Below, piece after piece: positions 1-11,905 of a stretch of DNA of 64,000 nucleotides. Position 1 is the first letter of the stretch, and each line of letters starts with the position of its first letter. A model generated the notes under the pieces. The model did no database searches and was not told the origin of the DNA. It saw nothing but the letters and a program-made list of their open reading frames with translations. Position numbers and translations under genes: made by a program. Location of the stretch: positions 124,001-188,000 of the forward strand of contig NW_020846801.1 in NCBI RefSeq assembly GCF_003704095.1. Direction: 5' to 3'. The stretch comes from Pocillopora damicornis (Eukaryota).

Positions 1-2307
1 ACAAAGAAAAATGGCGCTGAGGAACGTACTCCTCCGAAGAGCAAAATTCCGTCCTCAAATAAATCCCAAATACCCACAACAGGACGTAAGGAGGGCGCTT
101 TGCAGAAAGACAAGACAGGAGGCAAAATATCATCATCAGCAACATCCTCACACAACAGACCTGATTCTGCTAAAGAAAATAAAGATCCTACAAGTGCACC
201 AAATGGTCATGAACCTGCCAAGCAAGTCAGTAAAATTCCGTCTTTTTCCAAGTCTGGTATTCCCAAGTCTAGAATACCCTCCGTGACTCGCAAAGACAGC
301 CAGAATGAAGGGCAGGTGGCGCAGAATGGAGGAGAGGCACATTCTCCTGTTACTGGTACCCAAAGTAAGATACCCAATGCATCTTCCTCCCCTCAGGGGA
401 GCGGCATTCCTATGGGTGTCAGCCGCATTCCATCCTTTACTAAATCACCGTCAGCATCCCCTGGAACTAAAATACCCCAATCAAAACTTTCCACTGTGGT
501 AGGATCCAAAGCTACAGAACCGGATGGACCCCCCGGGAACTCGTCATGCACTCCAACAACCCCTTCCACACCGTCCGATACGACCCCCGAGACAAAGGTT
601 CCTACAGCAGGAGGGTCCAAGATTCCAGAACCTAAAATCGCCGCTAAGTCTCCATCAAGTTCCCTTCCAATCGCATCGAAGACAAGTGGGATTCCGAAGT
701 CTGGCGAATCGACACCATCCAGCAAGATTCCAGGTCATGCTGGCGACAAATTAACGCGTAAAACCTCAAGCGCAGAGAAAGAAACCGTGCCTACAGGTAA
801 TCCTACAGCGGCGTCTTCGCCCGTGGAGAGCAAAATTCCTTCGTTCCCGAAGCATGCAGCCACGCAAAAGTCCGTGGGGAACTTACCCAATGGACACGAG
901 CAGGTTGCCTCTAAGCCCAGAACAGGAATACCAACTTTTGGTGGTAGGCAGCCTTCTTTCGACAAGGAGCCTGCTACCCCTCCCAGTACTCCAATACGAG
1001 AAAACTTCTCTTCAGAATCGCCACTGGATAAGTACATTTTCTCCGAGGCGAGGAAAATGGAACAAATATTTCGCGATGAGCCCATTGAAGTGGTTGTACC
1101 GGCCGCAGATTTGGAGGAGGACGAGGAATTTTTGAGACAAGAAAAAGAAATCGAGGAACTTGAAGAGAACTCGCATGACTCGGAGCTGCAGATGCTGGAT
1201 TCAAAAGAAGCAGAGGATTTAATCAGTGAAGTGTTGAAAAGTTATGCTCCCGACATCAACACAGAAAACCAACTAGAACTGGATGATAGTTACGTTTTCT
1301 CCGTGAAGGATGACAACAAAAACTTTAAAGAGAAGGTCAATATTGATGACATTGTTCTTAAACCCGCCAGCAACGAAAATGAGTCACCAAATGAGACGAA
1401 AATTGTGGAAAAACCGTCAACGAAAGAAGATGTAGACGATGGGAAAGCCAAACTTGGTATCAAAGATTTAATGGCTGGAAAAGATGTTGTCCAAATTGGC
1501 GCAGATGTCACAGAGGAAGCAACTAAAAACAAGGAAAAGGAAACTGCCATATTGGAGAACAAGAAAAAGACACCAGATTTGAAAATTTTAATGCCAACTG
1601 AAAAGGTTGTTGAAAGACAAGTTGACGAAAAGACTGAGAAAGAGGCAACAAAGAACGAAGGACCCGCGATTGACACATTGGGTGAGTACGCTCAGCATGC
1701 CAGGCGCTCGCGCAGTCGACAACGAAAAATTGTAAGTCCTGATTCAGAAGAACCTGGGTTTGTTTCAGAACCTGAGAAGGAAGTTGAAAAAGAACCTGAA
1801 AAACCGAACGAAACAGAGAACATCAAAGAGCCACCCAAAAAGGACATCAACAAAGACAAATTCGGAAAAGCTCCGTTTGAAAGCGAGAAGAAACCTAAAG
1901 TTGAAGCCTCAAAAACGACAAAATCGAAATCAAAGAACGACAAGCCGAAGTTCCTGATTGAATCGTCGCTCGGGAAAGATTTTTACGCCTCTCGGAAATC
2001 GAATGAGAGTGTCGAATCACGAGATAGTGTTCATGATGATGTCGTGAAATCTTCGTTCAAACCCGAACTTTCCGCGCTCGTGTTTGAAAATAAAATCGTG
2101 GAAGAAACGTACACATTAAAACAGAAAGAATCACCGGTTGAAGAAGCCGTTAGCTTAGAGGAGGCAGAGTTTGAAGACGTTGATTTGCTGTCGGAGAAAA
2201 GCTTGAAGAATGAAAGGCGAGAAATAACACGGAGTGTTGACGAACTTGACGAAAAAACTGTAAAATGCATGGGATGTGGACGAGGTGGAAAGTGTTCCAT
2301 TATGTAG
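1..2307 (+). CDS. 5'-partial disordered protein with SxIP array and C-terminal CaaX (ORF1)
   Basis: Frame 1 is open from base 1 (TKKNGAEERTPPKSKIP...), so the track's TTG start at 100 is not the real start. It has 15 [ST]x[IL]P motifs in 40-933, an acidic/Lys-rich central region, and ends KCMGCGRGGKCSIM* (TAG 2305-2307). Confidence 0.85.
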   Translation, partial: TKKNGAEERTPPKSKIPSSNKSQIPTTGRKEGALQKDKTGGKISSSATSSHNRPDSAKENKDPTSAPNGHEPAKQVSKIPSFSKSGIPKSRIPSVTRKDSQNEGQVAQNGGEAHSPVTGTQSKIPNASSSPQGSGIPMGVSRIPSFTKSPSASPGTKIPQSKLSTVVGSKATEPDGPPGNSSCTPTTPSTPSDTTPETKVPTAGGSKIPEPKIAAKSPSSSLPIASKTSGIPKSGESTPSSKIPGHAGDKLTRKTSSAEKETVPTGNPTAASSPVESKIPSFPKHAATQKSVGNLPNGHEQVASKPRTGIPTFGGRQPSFDKEPATPPSTPIRENFSSESPLDKYIFSEARKMEQIFRDEPIEVVVPAADLEEDEEFLRQEKEIEELEENSHDSELQMLDSKEAEDLISEVLKSYAPDINTENQLELDDSYVFSVKDDNKNFKEKVNIDDIVLKPASNENESPNETKIVEKPSTKEDVDDGKAKLGIKDLMAGKDVVQIGADVTEEATKNKEKETAILENKKKTPDLKILMPTEKVVERQVDEKTEKEATKNEGPAIDTLGEYAQHARRSRSRQRKIVSPDSEEPGFVSEPEKEVEKEPEKPNETENIKEPPKKDINKDKFGKAPFESEKKPKVEASKTTKSKSKNDKPKFLIESSLGKDFYASRKSNESVESRDSVHDDVVKSSFKPELSALVFENKIVEETYTLKQKESPVEEAVSLEEAEFEDVDLLSEKSLKNERREITRSVDELDEKTVKCMGCGRGGKCSIM

Positions 2308-3055
2308 TTGAAACAATAGCTAGGAATTCTGGGGTTATTTTCGATTTCATCGTTCAATTAGTATTAAAATGAGTAACCGCCATGCATTTCAAGTGTCATC
2401 TCTTTTAAAAGAAAACTTAGTTGTATCCCTTCGTGCCGGTGTTTGAAAGAAACCGGGTTTGAGTGAATTTGTAATGAAAATTTGCTATTAAAAACTATGT
2501 AATCGTACTTTTGTGTCACTTTCTGAACTTGTGAACAACTTTTAAAAATTCGCCTGGCGTTTGAAGAATTCAAGGTTTTGTTGGTCGGGTGTTCCCGGAC
2601 AATGCCACCTTCTACGTTAACGTGAGAGAACTGGGCAAGAGATTAGGTTTAGTTTCTGAATGGGTTAAATCTCCTTTGCAGACGGTTTTAGACACGTCAC
2701 GCAACGCTACTTGAACCGAGCAAAAGCGATGAAAACCATCAAAATCTTATAATGGATATTGCACCGTCCTGTCACCTGTCGTCTAGTTCTTAATCGAGGG
2801 TTTTGTTGTGAGAGTTGAGCTGACTTCATCCCTGAAAAAAATTTATTTATTGTTATGATGACATAAACCTTGGTATGTCTGGTATTTGAGGTTCGAAGTT
2901 TTAGTGCTAACTCGCAAAGAGACTTTGATGGTTGGTTCTTCGGGAAATCAAATGCAACCAAAGCTACGATTTCAGAGCAAATTTACGTTCTGTTATGAAA
3001 TGCGTGATCGGAAGGTTTTTGCGTGACATCTGCGTGATCACATCCGTGACCTAAC

Positions 3056-3064
3056 TCACGTGAC
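3056..3064. promoter_or_regulatory. CLEAR-type E-box TCACGTGAC upstream of ORF2
   Basis: Direct match about 280 bp upstream of ATG 3343, within a patch of several (G/C)CGTGA half-sites (3001-3070). Confidence 0.4.
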
Positions 3065-3342
3065 GTGTAAGCGTCAAAACGAGGCTAAAGGCAACTTATG
3101 CTTCGACATAGAGAACGCAAATCGCTTCGAGGAGTAAGATTTGAGATCAATCTCTTCTTTGAAAAGTTTTAGAGAGCTGTAGTGGGCAGTATTTTGAATC
3201 AAGAAAAAACTTTCCCTGAAGTTTTTTAAGCATTAAGAACGAACAGATAGTAAAAGTGCCGTACAGAAAGGCGAGGAACAAGTCGTGACGCGATTACGCT
3301 CGAACATTGGTGTGTTGTACTGATCTGAGATAAAGTATATAT

Positions 3343-3720
3343 ATGGCAGCAAGTGGATCAGAAACGCAAACTATCGAAAACGTTGATCTTAAAGTTGATG
3401 ATAATCCAGATGAGGATCATATCGATATCGAAATAAAACAAGTTACAGAAGAAACAACTCCATTAAAAGCTGATAGTAACGATGAGGAACTGGAATTTGG
3501 ATTTGGAAGAGACGAGCCAGTCTTTATCACAGATCAGGATGTTGCCGATTATTCGGAATCGTCGATGGAAAGATCAACAGAACTTTCAGCAGACGCCAAA
3601 AAGGCATACGAAGAATGGATCTATGTAGACATGAACAAGACTACCCACGAAGTGAACGAGAACTTGCTTCTTTTGAGTTCAGTTTATGGAAAAGATCAAG
3701 TATGTTGTTGTGTTATGTGA
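3343..3720 (+). CDS. 125-aa acidic protein with LIR-like EEWIYV and CCaX terminus (ORF2)
   Basis: ATG preceded by an in-frame TAA (3331-3333). Strongly acidic. Contains EPVFITD, EEWIYVD and ENLLLL, and ends QVCCCVM*. Confidence 0.75.
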   Translation: MAASGSETQTIENVDLKVDDNPDEDHIDIEIKQVTEETTPLKADSNDEELEFGFGRDEPVFITDQDVADYSESSMERSTELSADAKKAYEEWIYVDMNKTTHEVNENLLLLSSVYGKDQVCCCVM

Positions 3721-4687
3721 ACTAGAAGAAGCATTAATTTATTTCTTGATCAAGTAAATCCACGGAAGGTTCCTTGATTTCCATCGTTTAGATTGCAAAA
3801 CGTAGAAGTTGTGAAAAAGCGGTATGAGATATATTAATTTATTTCATTTCAAAATGACCTCAAATGTCAAGAAAATGAAAGTAGATACTAAAGTTGCGTC
3901 ATACATGGGAATTGGGCCAGAGAAAGCCTTGTATATCTTTTATTAGCGAGAGAAAGTAGAGAAATTGTAATAGGTACATTTACTATTATAAATAAGTACT
4001 TGCTCTTTAGATAGATTGTCAAGCAAACTCTCTAGGTTTTGTAAAAGAGGGCAAAGACTGGATAGATAAAGATCTTATGTTAACAACTGCTCCATTGTTG
4101 TTCCTATACAAAGCATGTGACAGTACTCGAGAATTGGTTGCGCTAATGCTTAAAGCACATTTGATATCCGAAAGGGGAGGTATTAAATCCTTTGAGGATT
4201 TCAATTAGGCAATAGGCTTATGACACAATTATTGGCTAGCTAGTTTCATGGAAAACACATGATTTTACTTGTAACCTAATAGTACAGTTAGCCCTATTAA
4301 ATAAGTTTTCCTCAGGGTACTTACTAGTTTATTTTATTAACTGAGACCAGTACTTCAAGTGACTAAATGATTGGTTTATTAGAGGTGCATAAAATTCAAT
4401 TATAATTTTCAAACCAAATAAAGAGCAATATCATGATGAGAGATAGGAGTGGCTCTGGTCACTTTAGTTACTGGGATTCCCTGTGCTTTTAAAGAAATAC
4501 CATCATTTTTTTAGTGAAAATTCTAAATATGTTGTAAGTATTTGAGTTTGTCTGAAAAATTATTCCCTCTACTGGTTTTGCTTGTGACTTGAATGCACCC
4601 ATCCTAAAACAACTGCCAGAACTATTTATGTAGAATTTCCAAGAGGGTACAATTTTCTATCACAAGGGAAATGTCAATTCTGCTCAA

Positions 4688-4890
4688 TTAACCCTTTGAC
4701 TCCCAAGATCTGATCATTAACTCTCTCCTCTTGCTTCTATACCTTTCCTTGTGAATTGGTTACAAGAATTTGGTGTTCCATCAAGATACTATCTTGTACT
4801 TGATAAGTTTGAGTAATCTCACTACCTGTTTACTGGATAATGTTTGGATACTATAGGAAGATGTTTATCATTTCTGGGAGTTAAAGGGTT
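4688..4890. mobile_element. piggyBac-type MITE (TTAA-CCCTT...AAGGG-TT)
   Basis: Termini ttaaccctttgactcccaag / ctgggagttaaagggtt are inverted repeats. Related elements or ends occur at ~5367-5553, ~7657-7860, ~39565-39779 and 62310-62328. Confidence 0.6.
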
Positions 4891-5366
4891 TGATAATCAT
4901 GTTTAAGTTGGAAAGTATAAATCATATCTCCTTTGCAGCTTCATCTGCACCAGGGATATAAAATTATTATTTGATTACTGATTGTACCAGGGACATCGCT
5001 AGCCACCAAAAAGAAACATCCGCTTTGTCTAAGTTTTTGAAGGAACTAAAACTTTAGTTTTATTATGTACAGCATCAAGTGTTATTGATTTCCACCTCCA
5101 GTGACCTAATTAGGCAATAAATATCAGCGGCCTGATAAAATTAAGAAAAGTTTGTTCAAAATTGATCAAATTGTGTTACTAAGATAGTTATCTGAACCCT
5201 GATATGGAAGTTATGGTGGTTTTAGGGAAGACTTTAGTAAAATTATTATGTCTGTAGCAAGAAACCAAACCAGTAATAGACTTTGATATTCTGTAACCTT
5301 TTTTGACAATAACTTTAAACTGTGTTGTGTTCATTGAAGTTACATTATTCACACCACTCTGTGCCT

Positions 5367-5553
5367 TAACCCTGTAACCCCTAAGAGTGAGCATCTAATT
5401 TCTCTTTACAGTATCACCCCTGAGTCACAAGGATAAAATGAAATGAGAAAAGAGGCTCATGATTGTTAAACAAATTCTTCTTGTCAACACTTAGGAAATG
5501 TAAAGAGAACAGTATGGAGACTATGCATACTGATGTCAAGTTGTAAAAGGATA
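5367..5553 (+). mobile_element. MITE copy (TTAACCCT family)
   Basis: Clearly similar to 7657-7860 (aatttctc..tacagtatcacccctga...gaacagtatggaga...tgcatactgatgt). Confidence 0.55.
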
Positions 5554-5713
5554 ACTATACACACCAAGAGACAGTTGTATTCACACACCCTGTGCTGCAA
5601 GAGTTTATATTTTGCCCTCAAGGTAAATGTGGAAAAAGTGCATTTTTAAAATATTTTCCATCATTATAATATAGGAATTTTTGCACTTTCTTATCCTTGC
5701 AGAATGGAATAAA

Positions 5714-5840
5714 AGGAGGGGTACATGAGGGGGTATGGGAGGGGGGTAGGGGAGGAGTGAGTAGGGGAGGAGGTAGGGGAGGAGGGTAGGAAAGGACAGG
5801 GCACAAGAGGGGAATAGCAGAGAGAACTTGTTGAGGGGGA
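5714..5840 (+). repeat. G-rich polypurine tract (G-quadruplex/triplex-prone)
   Basis: Repeated (TA)GGGGAGGAG units with many G3+ runs. Confidence 0.6.
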
Positions 5841-7656
5841 TGTTATCACTCCAAATAATTAGCATACCAAATCTTAGGGGTTTTCTGCCACGTGCACAAT
5901 TAAGTGTAGGCTGTCAAGTTCATTCGTCAGTATTTTAGGTACTTCCGTTAAAATATCGTGAAATTACGAGAACCTTATCATCAGTTAACATTCCATTGAC
6001 AATATTGACTTTAAAGTTGGGTTAAATTACGTTTCACGAGCTGAACTGAAGTTACAGATGAATAGAAAGCTCTCTTTTATCCTTTTTCGTTTTGGTATTT
6101 CTTTCTTCTTTTATCCCGAAGACGTTAGCCTTGACTTTCTTGTCAACCGAAGAAGCCTTGTGATATCAGGTCCGTCAGCAACGCGCACGTTACACTTGTG
6201 GTATGTGGTTGTGATAAAATTTTACGCGCGCGACACTCACTCGGGTAAAGTTCAGTTCCTGTTTATACCCGAGGTTATCGATTCACTCTCTAAGTAATTG
6301 AACGAATTCGTAGTCGACCTTCGTTGTCTAAACGGAATTCCATAGGAAGAAATGGTAAGTACAGTGAAAAATTTGAAAAATATCTGTGCTTTTAATTTGA
6401 CTTAGAAGTGATAGGCGTACCAAATGTAAACAAATGAATTTAGTCACGAGTAAGTCACGAGTAAGAAACGAAGAGAAAGGGAATCAGTACGTATTTTTAT
6501 CCTCCACTCATGAATAAGAAACAAGGAAGTGAAATTAGCAATAAGGTGTTGCAGTGAAAGATGTAAGACTGTTGCTTCAGATGATTCAGAGATCGTGAGC
6601 TAAATTAAAGAAATCCGCCAACATTGCATCAGGCCGCCACTAATAGCAGTATACTTTTCACATCAGAAATATCTGCCCAAGCCGTCTCGTACAGGTACGC
6701 TTATCTCTTTCCATATATTAATCTTTGAAAATCTTGCGTATCCTTCTTCGAAAAAGAGTCGTTTACTCAGAAGTATTTCGTTGTAACGAACGCATATTTA
6801 ATATGGTTTCCAGTCCAAACTTCGCGACCTTTCACGTGTTAAACTTCAATTCAAACTTCGCGACAGGAAGTCCAACTTGTGTTTTGAATTTTAAGAGTGA
6901 AAACTTTCGAAAAAAATAGCATTTTGCATCAGTTTAGCAATACTTGATTGAGAGCATTTTGTTTTTTTTTTATTCTAGCTCTAACCCTGAAGCAGAAATT
7001 TCTTCAGTTTTACGTTGTGTACAATACCGAACTTGAAAGACCTTTACCTTGCAAATTAAATTACTGATCGACTTTTAATGACTCGGAATTTGTCCTCCAA
7101 ATTTAGTTATGGAAACGATTGTTTGATAATATTCTTCCCTACTTCAGAGTAGTGTTAACTTTTATTTTGCTATTATATAAACTGTCTGTAACATTGATAC
7201 ATCATTGAATAAGTATTTTTATAACGGAGACATTCAGGTGGGCGATCACGCGACCATCATCAATTTGACACCTCTCAAGATCTCCTTGTTATGGTTGAAG
7301 GCTTGAGAATTTGGCGCTCAGTCAAAATATATTACCTCTTTAATCTTCGCATTGCCTTCTGCTCGAGATTTTATTGAAATTGAAATAATTTCCCAGCGGT
7401 CCTTAATCTGATCTTGACGAAATATTGCCGATGTTCTTCGCCCCTAAAATTGGTTTACACTAGCCGTCACTGACGCAATTCCTTAATTCTTTCCTGCCAA
7501 GAAAAATTCTAAATGGGTTCATGAAAACAATACATTTTCATGTACATAGTATTCAAGTCGCCGCAAAGTTTTATTCGATCTATATGTCGTCCTCTCCCGA
7601 TGTGAAAATATAATTTGTGTAAAAAAAGTCAGCAATAGGAAAGCACCAGTAAGAGC

Positions 7657-7860
7657 TTTAACCCCTCAGAGTGACTAACATCCAATTTCTCCTTACAATA
7701 TCACCCCTGACTCAAACATTAAGGTCGCGAGAATAATGGAAATGATCGTCGATTACAGAAGCTGTTGATTGTTAGGCAAATTCTCCTTGTCAGCACCTTA
7801 GGAAATATGAATGGAACAGTATGGAGAATATGCATACTGATGTTAGGGTGTAGAACGGGA
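7657..7860 (+). mobile_element. MITE copy (TTAACCCT family)
   Basis: Similar to 5367-5553, and in reverse orientation to 39565-39779. Confidence 0.55.
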
Positions 7861-8591
7861 AGCGACATGAGTTGTCATATGAGCTAAAATTAGCTTGAAA
7901 TTGGTTACCATCCTCTAACTCATGATGTCTCTTAAATCGCAAGATCCTTGAGAGAAAAATCGATTGGAGGCGTTGAAACAATTTGACGTGTCTAAGTGCA
8001 AATAAGTGGCAACCGGTTTGATATTCACAGGAGGAGGATTATCAATAGTTATAAAACGACTGGTAGTTTGCACCTTCTCATTAAAGGTTTTTCCTTCCTC
8101 TTTTATTGGTTATCTCAAATCTCTCACTGGCTTGTAACATTAGCGTCGTTTTTCGGTGTTTTCGTTTCGATCCTCGCGAGAAGCGGGAAGGGGATGTAGG
8201 AAAGGAGAAGGCGGAGGCCTAGGCTCAATAGCCTCATAGAGGCTGGTAGTCAATTGCTACTAAAATTTTTATTAGTTTTTGTCCTGTTCTCTTTTGTCTC
8301 TCTGATTACAAGCATCTTTCAATCCAACAGTTCGATAAAAAGAGCAGTTCTGCTTCTACATCACCCAAACCAGGCGGTAAATGCGAACATTTGAGAACCA
8401 AATTAGATTAGAACATTTCGTTTGCAATTCCAATGGGAATAACCACGAACAATGTAATCAGCAATGAAAAGAAGCACATTGATTTTTCATTTTCTTTGCT
8501 GCTATTTTTGACTTACATTACACGTTGTTATTCCAAGCGACTGAATCTGCATTTTAATCTGTTTTCATTTTCTTGAAGGTTTCCGCAAGTA

Positions 8592-9200
8592 ATGACTAAA
8601 CACCAGTTGCCATTCGGCGATCTAAACAACTCTCACTGCGACTGTTCAGCAACCCCTAGTTGTCAGTTGGAGTGGAATCATAACTTCCACGAGGATCAAA
8701 CCACCGTTTTGAGAACTAATGGCTCAGACGAGGGGTTAATTACTGAAATAAAAACTCGGACAACGCACGATTTGATTCCGGTGGAAATCACACAGCTGCA
8801 CACTGACAAACATCCAAAGATTAAAACCCCAAACGGAGATTTTGAATATGTAAATCTTAATCTTCATTTCTGGGAAAGAACGAAATCGGACGGCATCAGA
8901 CACAAAATGGAGAAATACAAACCGAACTGCTATTATGGAAAGACACAGGACACAAGCGACGAAAACCCAGCTAGTTCTAAAAGCGCCGATGCTTGCCGCG
9001 GATCGGTTCCAAATCCAGTTCATAGTGTCTGTGGGGTAGCTGAGAGTTCAGTATTTTTCTCATCAATCGGAGAATGGACAATAGTTGATCTCAATCTTCG
9101 AGATTTTGAGAAGGAAGATGCGAAACGAACACTTTATTTAAGAAGGAAATGCACACCTTACAAAGAAGTTGAACCGGAGAGTTTTTGCCTTATTCTCTGA
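8592..9200 (+). CDS. 202-aa protein with LIR-like motifs and geranylgeranyl-type CaaX (ORF3)
   Basis: Ends PESFCLIL*. Contains DFEYVNL, IPVEIT and GEWTIVDL. A good splice acceptor (ttttcattttcttgaag, AG 8577-8578) lies just upstream in an open frame, so this is probably a terminal exon. Confidence 0.7.
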   Translation: MTKHQLPFGDLNNSHCDCSATPSCQLEWNHNFHEDQTTVLRTNGSDEGLITEIKTRTTHDLIPVEITQLHTDKHPKIKTPNGDFEYVNLNLHFWERTKSDGIRHKMEKYKPNCYYGKTQDTSDENPASSKSADACRGSVPNPVHSVCGVAESSVFFSSIGEWTIVDLNLRDFEKEDAKRTLYLRRKCTPYKEVEPESFCLIL

Positions 9201-11829
9201 ACAACTTCAAGAAAGGATGGTTGAAGGGAAATCCATCAATTACAGAGGAGTATTACGAAACTATTTTGAACAAACACTCTCAGATACGAAGCGTATTTCG
9301 TACTGAGAAATAATGAAACATAATAGCATTGTTAAGTTTATTTTTATTTAGAAATTAACTGTAGGATCAGTCGAAAATGAAAGATCGCTTGTTCCTTTTT
9401 AAGCATTTTCGTAATAGGTTCATTTTGAGAATTTTGAGCGAACAAAAGTTGTTACAAAACGCGCAATCACTTTGTAACTTAGTTCAAATTGCTTTTTTTT
9501 TCCAAAAGCGTAAGATATGTTTACATTTTAACAAAAGTCAAACTTTCAAGAAGGAATTTTGAGGAATGTGAATTTGTCATAATAATGTACTTTCTATAAA
9601 AATCTAGAGGTCAGCTTTACAAATACAGTACAACTGAGTTTGCTTTCCCCTGAGTTGCATTCCAAAAGATGACTGGAAGTCATCTGAGATGGATGTAATC
9701 AAAAGCCTGCGTGACAGAAAATATATAAAAAAACAATAGCAAAATAAACAACACCTGTATCTTTCAATGAGCGTTTCTGTGTAGTTCACGCAATCATTTA
9801 TCTCCGCATTGAATGCAACTAAAGGAGTTCGAAGATCGGCAGACTGATGAGTAAGCCTAACGAACGAGTAGGCAGGCAAGGAATAGACTACGAATTGATG
9901 AGCAAATAAATGAACGAAATAGGGATCGTACGGATACATAGGAAGAACAACGAAAAAACCTCGTCTTGTCACGATTTCCCGCTCTTTTTCAAACACGATT
10001 TGAAGGCGCCTATGGCGTAAATGAACAAGAGTTTCTACAACTTCATGTTAGCAAAGCGAGTACGAAAATTTCGTTCCAAGAAATACTTGTCCCTTTTTTT
10101 TTCTTTTCTTTTTTGATGAGCGATGAGCAATTTATACTCAGCGATACTACACACAAAAACGTCTTATAAGTTATTATCCAAATGCTTATTTCATGTGCAT
10201 GTCTTAGAAAGGGGAAAAAGCGAAGCACATGGAAAAGCGTAGCGCGCGCAGCCGACTGGTTAAACAGGTTTTTCTACAATGCAATATATCTCAGGATGTT
10301 TGTACTCGATTCAAGCGTTTTTTTCTTACTCTGCTTTGTGCAGTTGAATAATAATAACATACCGCTTTATATATCGCAGTTGGATAATAATAGCATATAT
10401 CGCTTTATCAAAACTCGATTTATGTGGGAGACTCTAAATACACTAAAGATAGCGCCCAAATCGCACTGCTAACAGCGTACAAAAGCTACAATTGACAATC
10501 AATCGCAAGGTCGGCAGAGAAAAAACACAGTTATAGCTCAAGATTTAAGGAGTCTTGGGCACGTTTCCAATCATGTGCATGTTGTTTCTGTTCGGAGAGG
10601 CGGGAAAGGGGGAGGACGCTAATTAAAATTGCAGGCCATCTATGCACGTTCCCCATAGCTGAATTCGACCCTGTTTCCGGCGAAGGAATGGAATGGTCAC
10701 GATAACAGTTGGCGGTGGACCAATGATGAAGCATTCATTTATCTAAACATCCGAGATTAGGTACAGCCGCATATTATGCAATGGTCCAAACGAATATTTT
10801 ATAAAGGTCAACGCATTATTTATGATCGGACTCGAGCTTGTCGCGTGCCTACCTCGCGTTTCCCATCGTACTTGAACGTCCCATCGTTTCAAAGGTTTAA
10901 CCGCTACGTAAATATTCTGACTTAATCTCCAAGCATTCTCAAGAAAGCTAAAAAATTTATTCTCTCATATATACGTTGAACTCAGACAAAAAAAAAAGTC
11001 CAAGGTAAAAGAGTATGGAACTTCATGAAGACGACTGCGTTTTTATTTTTTCTGAGTTCGAGTTATGACAAGCATTTACCTCAACACCTGAAACATTCTC
11101 GGGTCATTTTCAAGGGTCATGTTCCAACCGAAACTTCTGGTTGAGCTTTATCACGGAATATTTACATAATCTATTTTGACTTCGGTTCTTTGGACCCTCT
11201 CGTCAAAATACAGATTCTCCTTACGTCTCATCATATATTGATGGTGGTGTTGGTTGCAAGAATGTACTCTAAATCCTTACTACACTCTCTTGACCTGAAA
11301 TTTTTTCTTTTTTGACCGATACTGTCAAAAAAAAAATGGTGACAGCGGCTTAAAACACTGTAACACAATCTTGGTTACTTTTTTTATTGCAACGAAAGAA
11401 AAAACTCATAATAAAACCTAACTTCAATAAAATTTCTGCCACTAACGTGACGCTCTGTTTGTACAAGGTTAAGGCTCCATGTGAATTTTTTCTTTGCCTA
11501 CAAAGGGTTTCAGTGCATTTCTCATGCAATCGGATTGTACGCCATGGGAGAAATGTAATCTTAGGAACTACGTACGACCAACAAGGAGATAATTCTGTAT
11601 TTTACCTTTCAGCGAACAATGTTCAATTTATTTTCATATTAAAGTTCAATTGACAAATTCGTTACGACAACAAACTATGTGAACTTTGATCGAGACTGCC
11701 GAATCTAAACGAAGCAATTGTTTCACTTGTCGTATGTTTGTCCAATCAACGTGCTCCACTGGTGAGCGGCACGCTTATTTGTAATGCATTGCATCAGTAA
11801 GGGAATTAGCACGTTTGAACTCATTCTGC

Positions 11830-11836
11830 TATATAA
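11830..11836 (+). promoter_or_regulatory. TATA-like box upstream of ORF4
   Basis: TATATAA about 75 bp before ATG 11906, with CCAAT at ~11742. A competing splice acceptor (ttgtag, G at 11891) also exists. Confidence 0.35.
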
Positions 11837-11905
11837 GGACGAATACATAAATTCTTGCTACCAAAGTTCATCTGTTTTTATGTCATTGTAGCTATTCAAG
11901 TGAAC

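Noticed and set aside
2200-2307. Calling ORF1/ORF5 paralemmin because of the KCSIM/CCTVM ends
   Set aside because: The ends resemble paralemmin, but the paralemmin core motif (PVTMIFMGY-like) is not visible, so no gene symbol was given.
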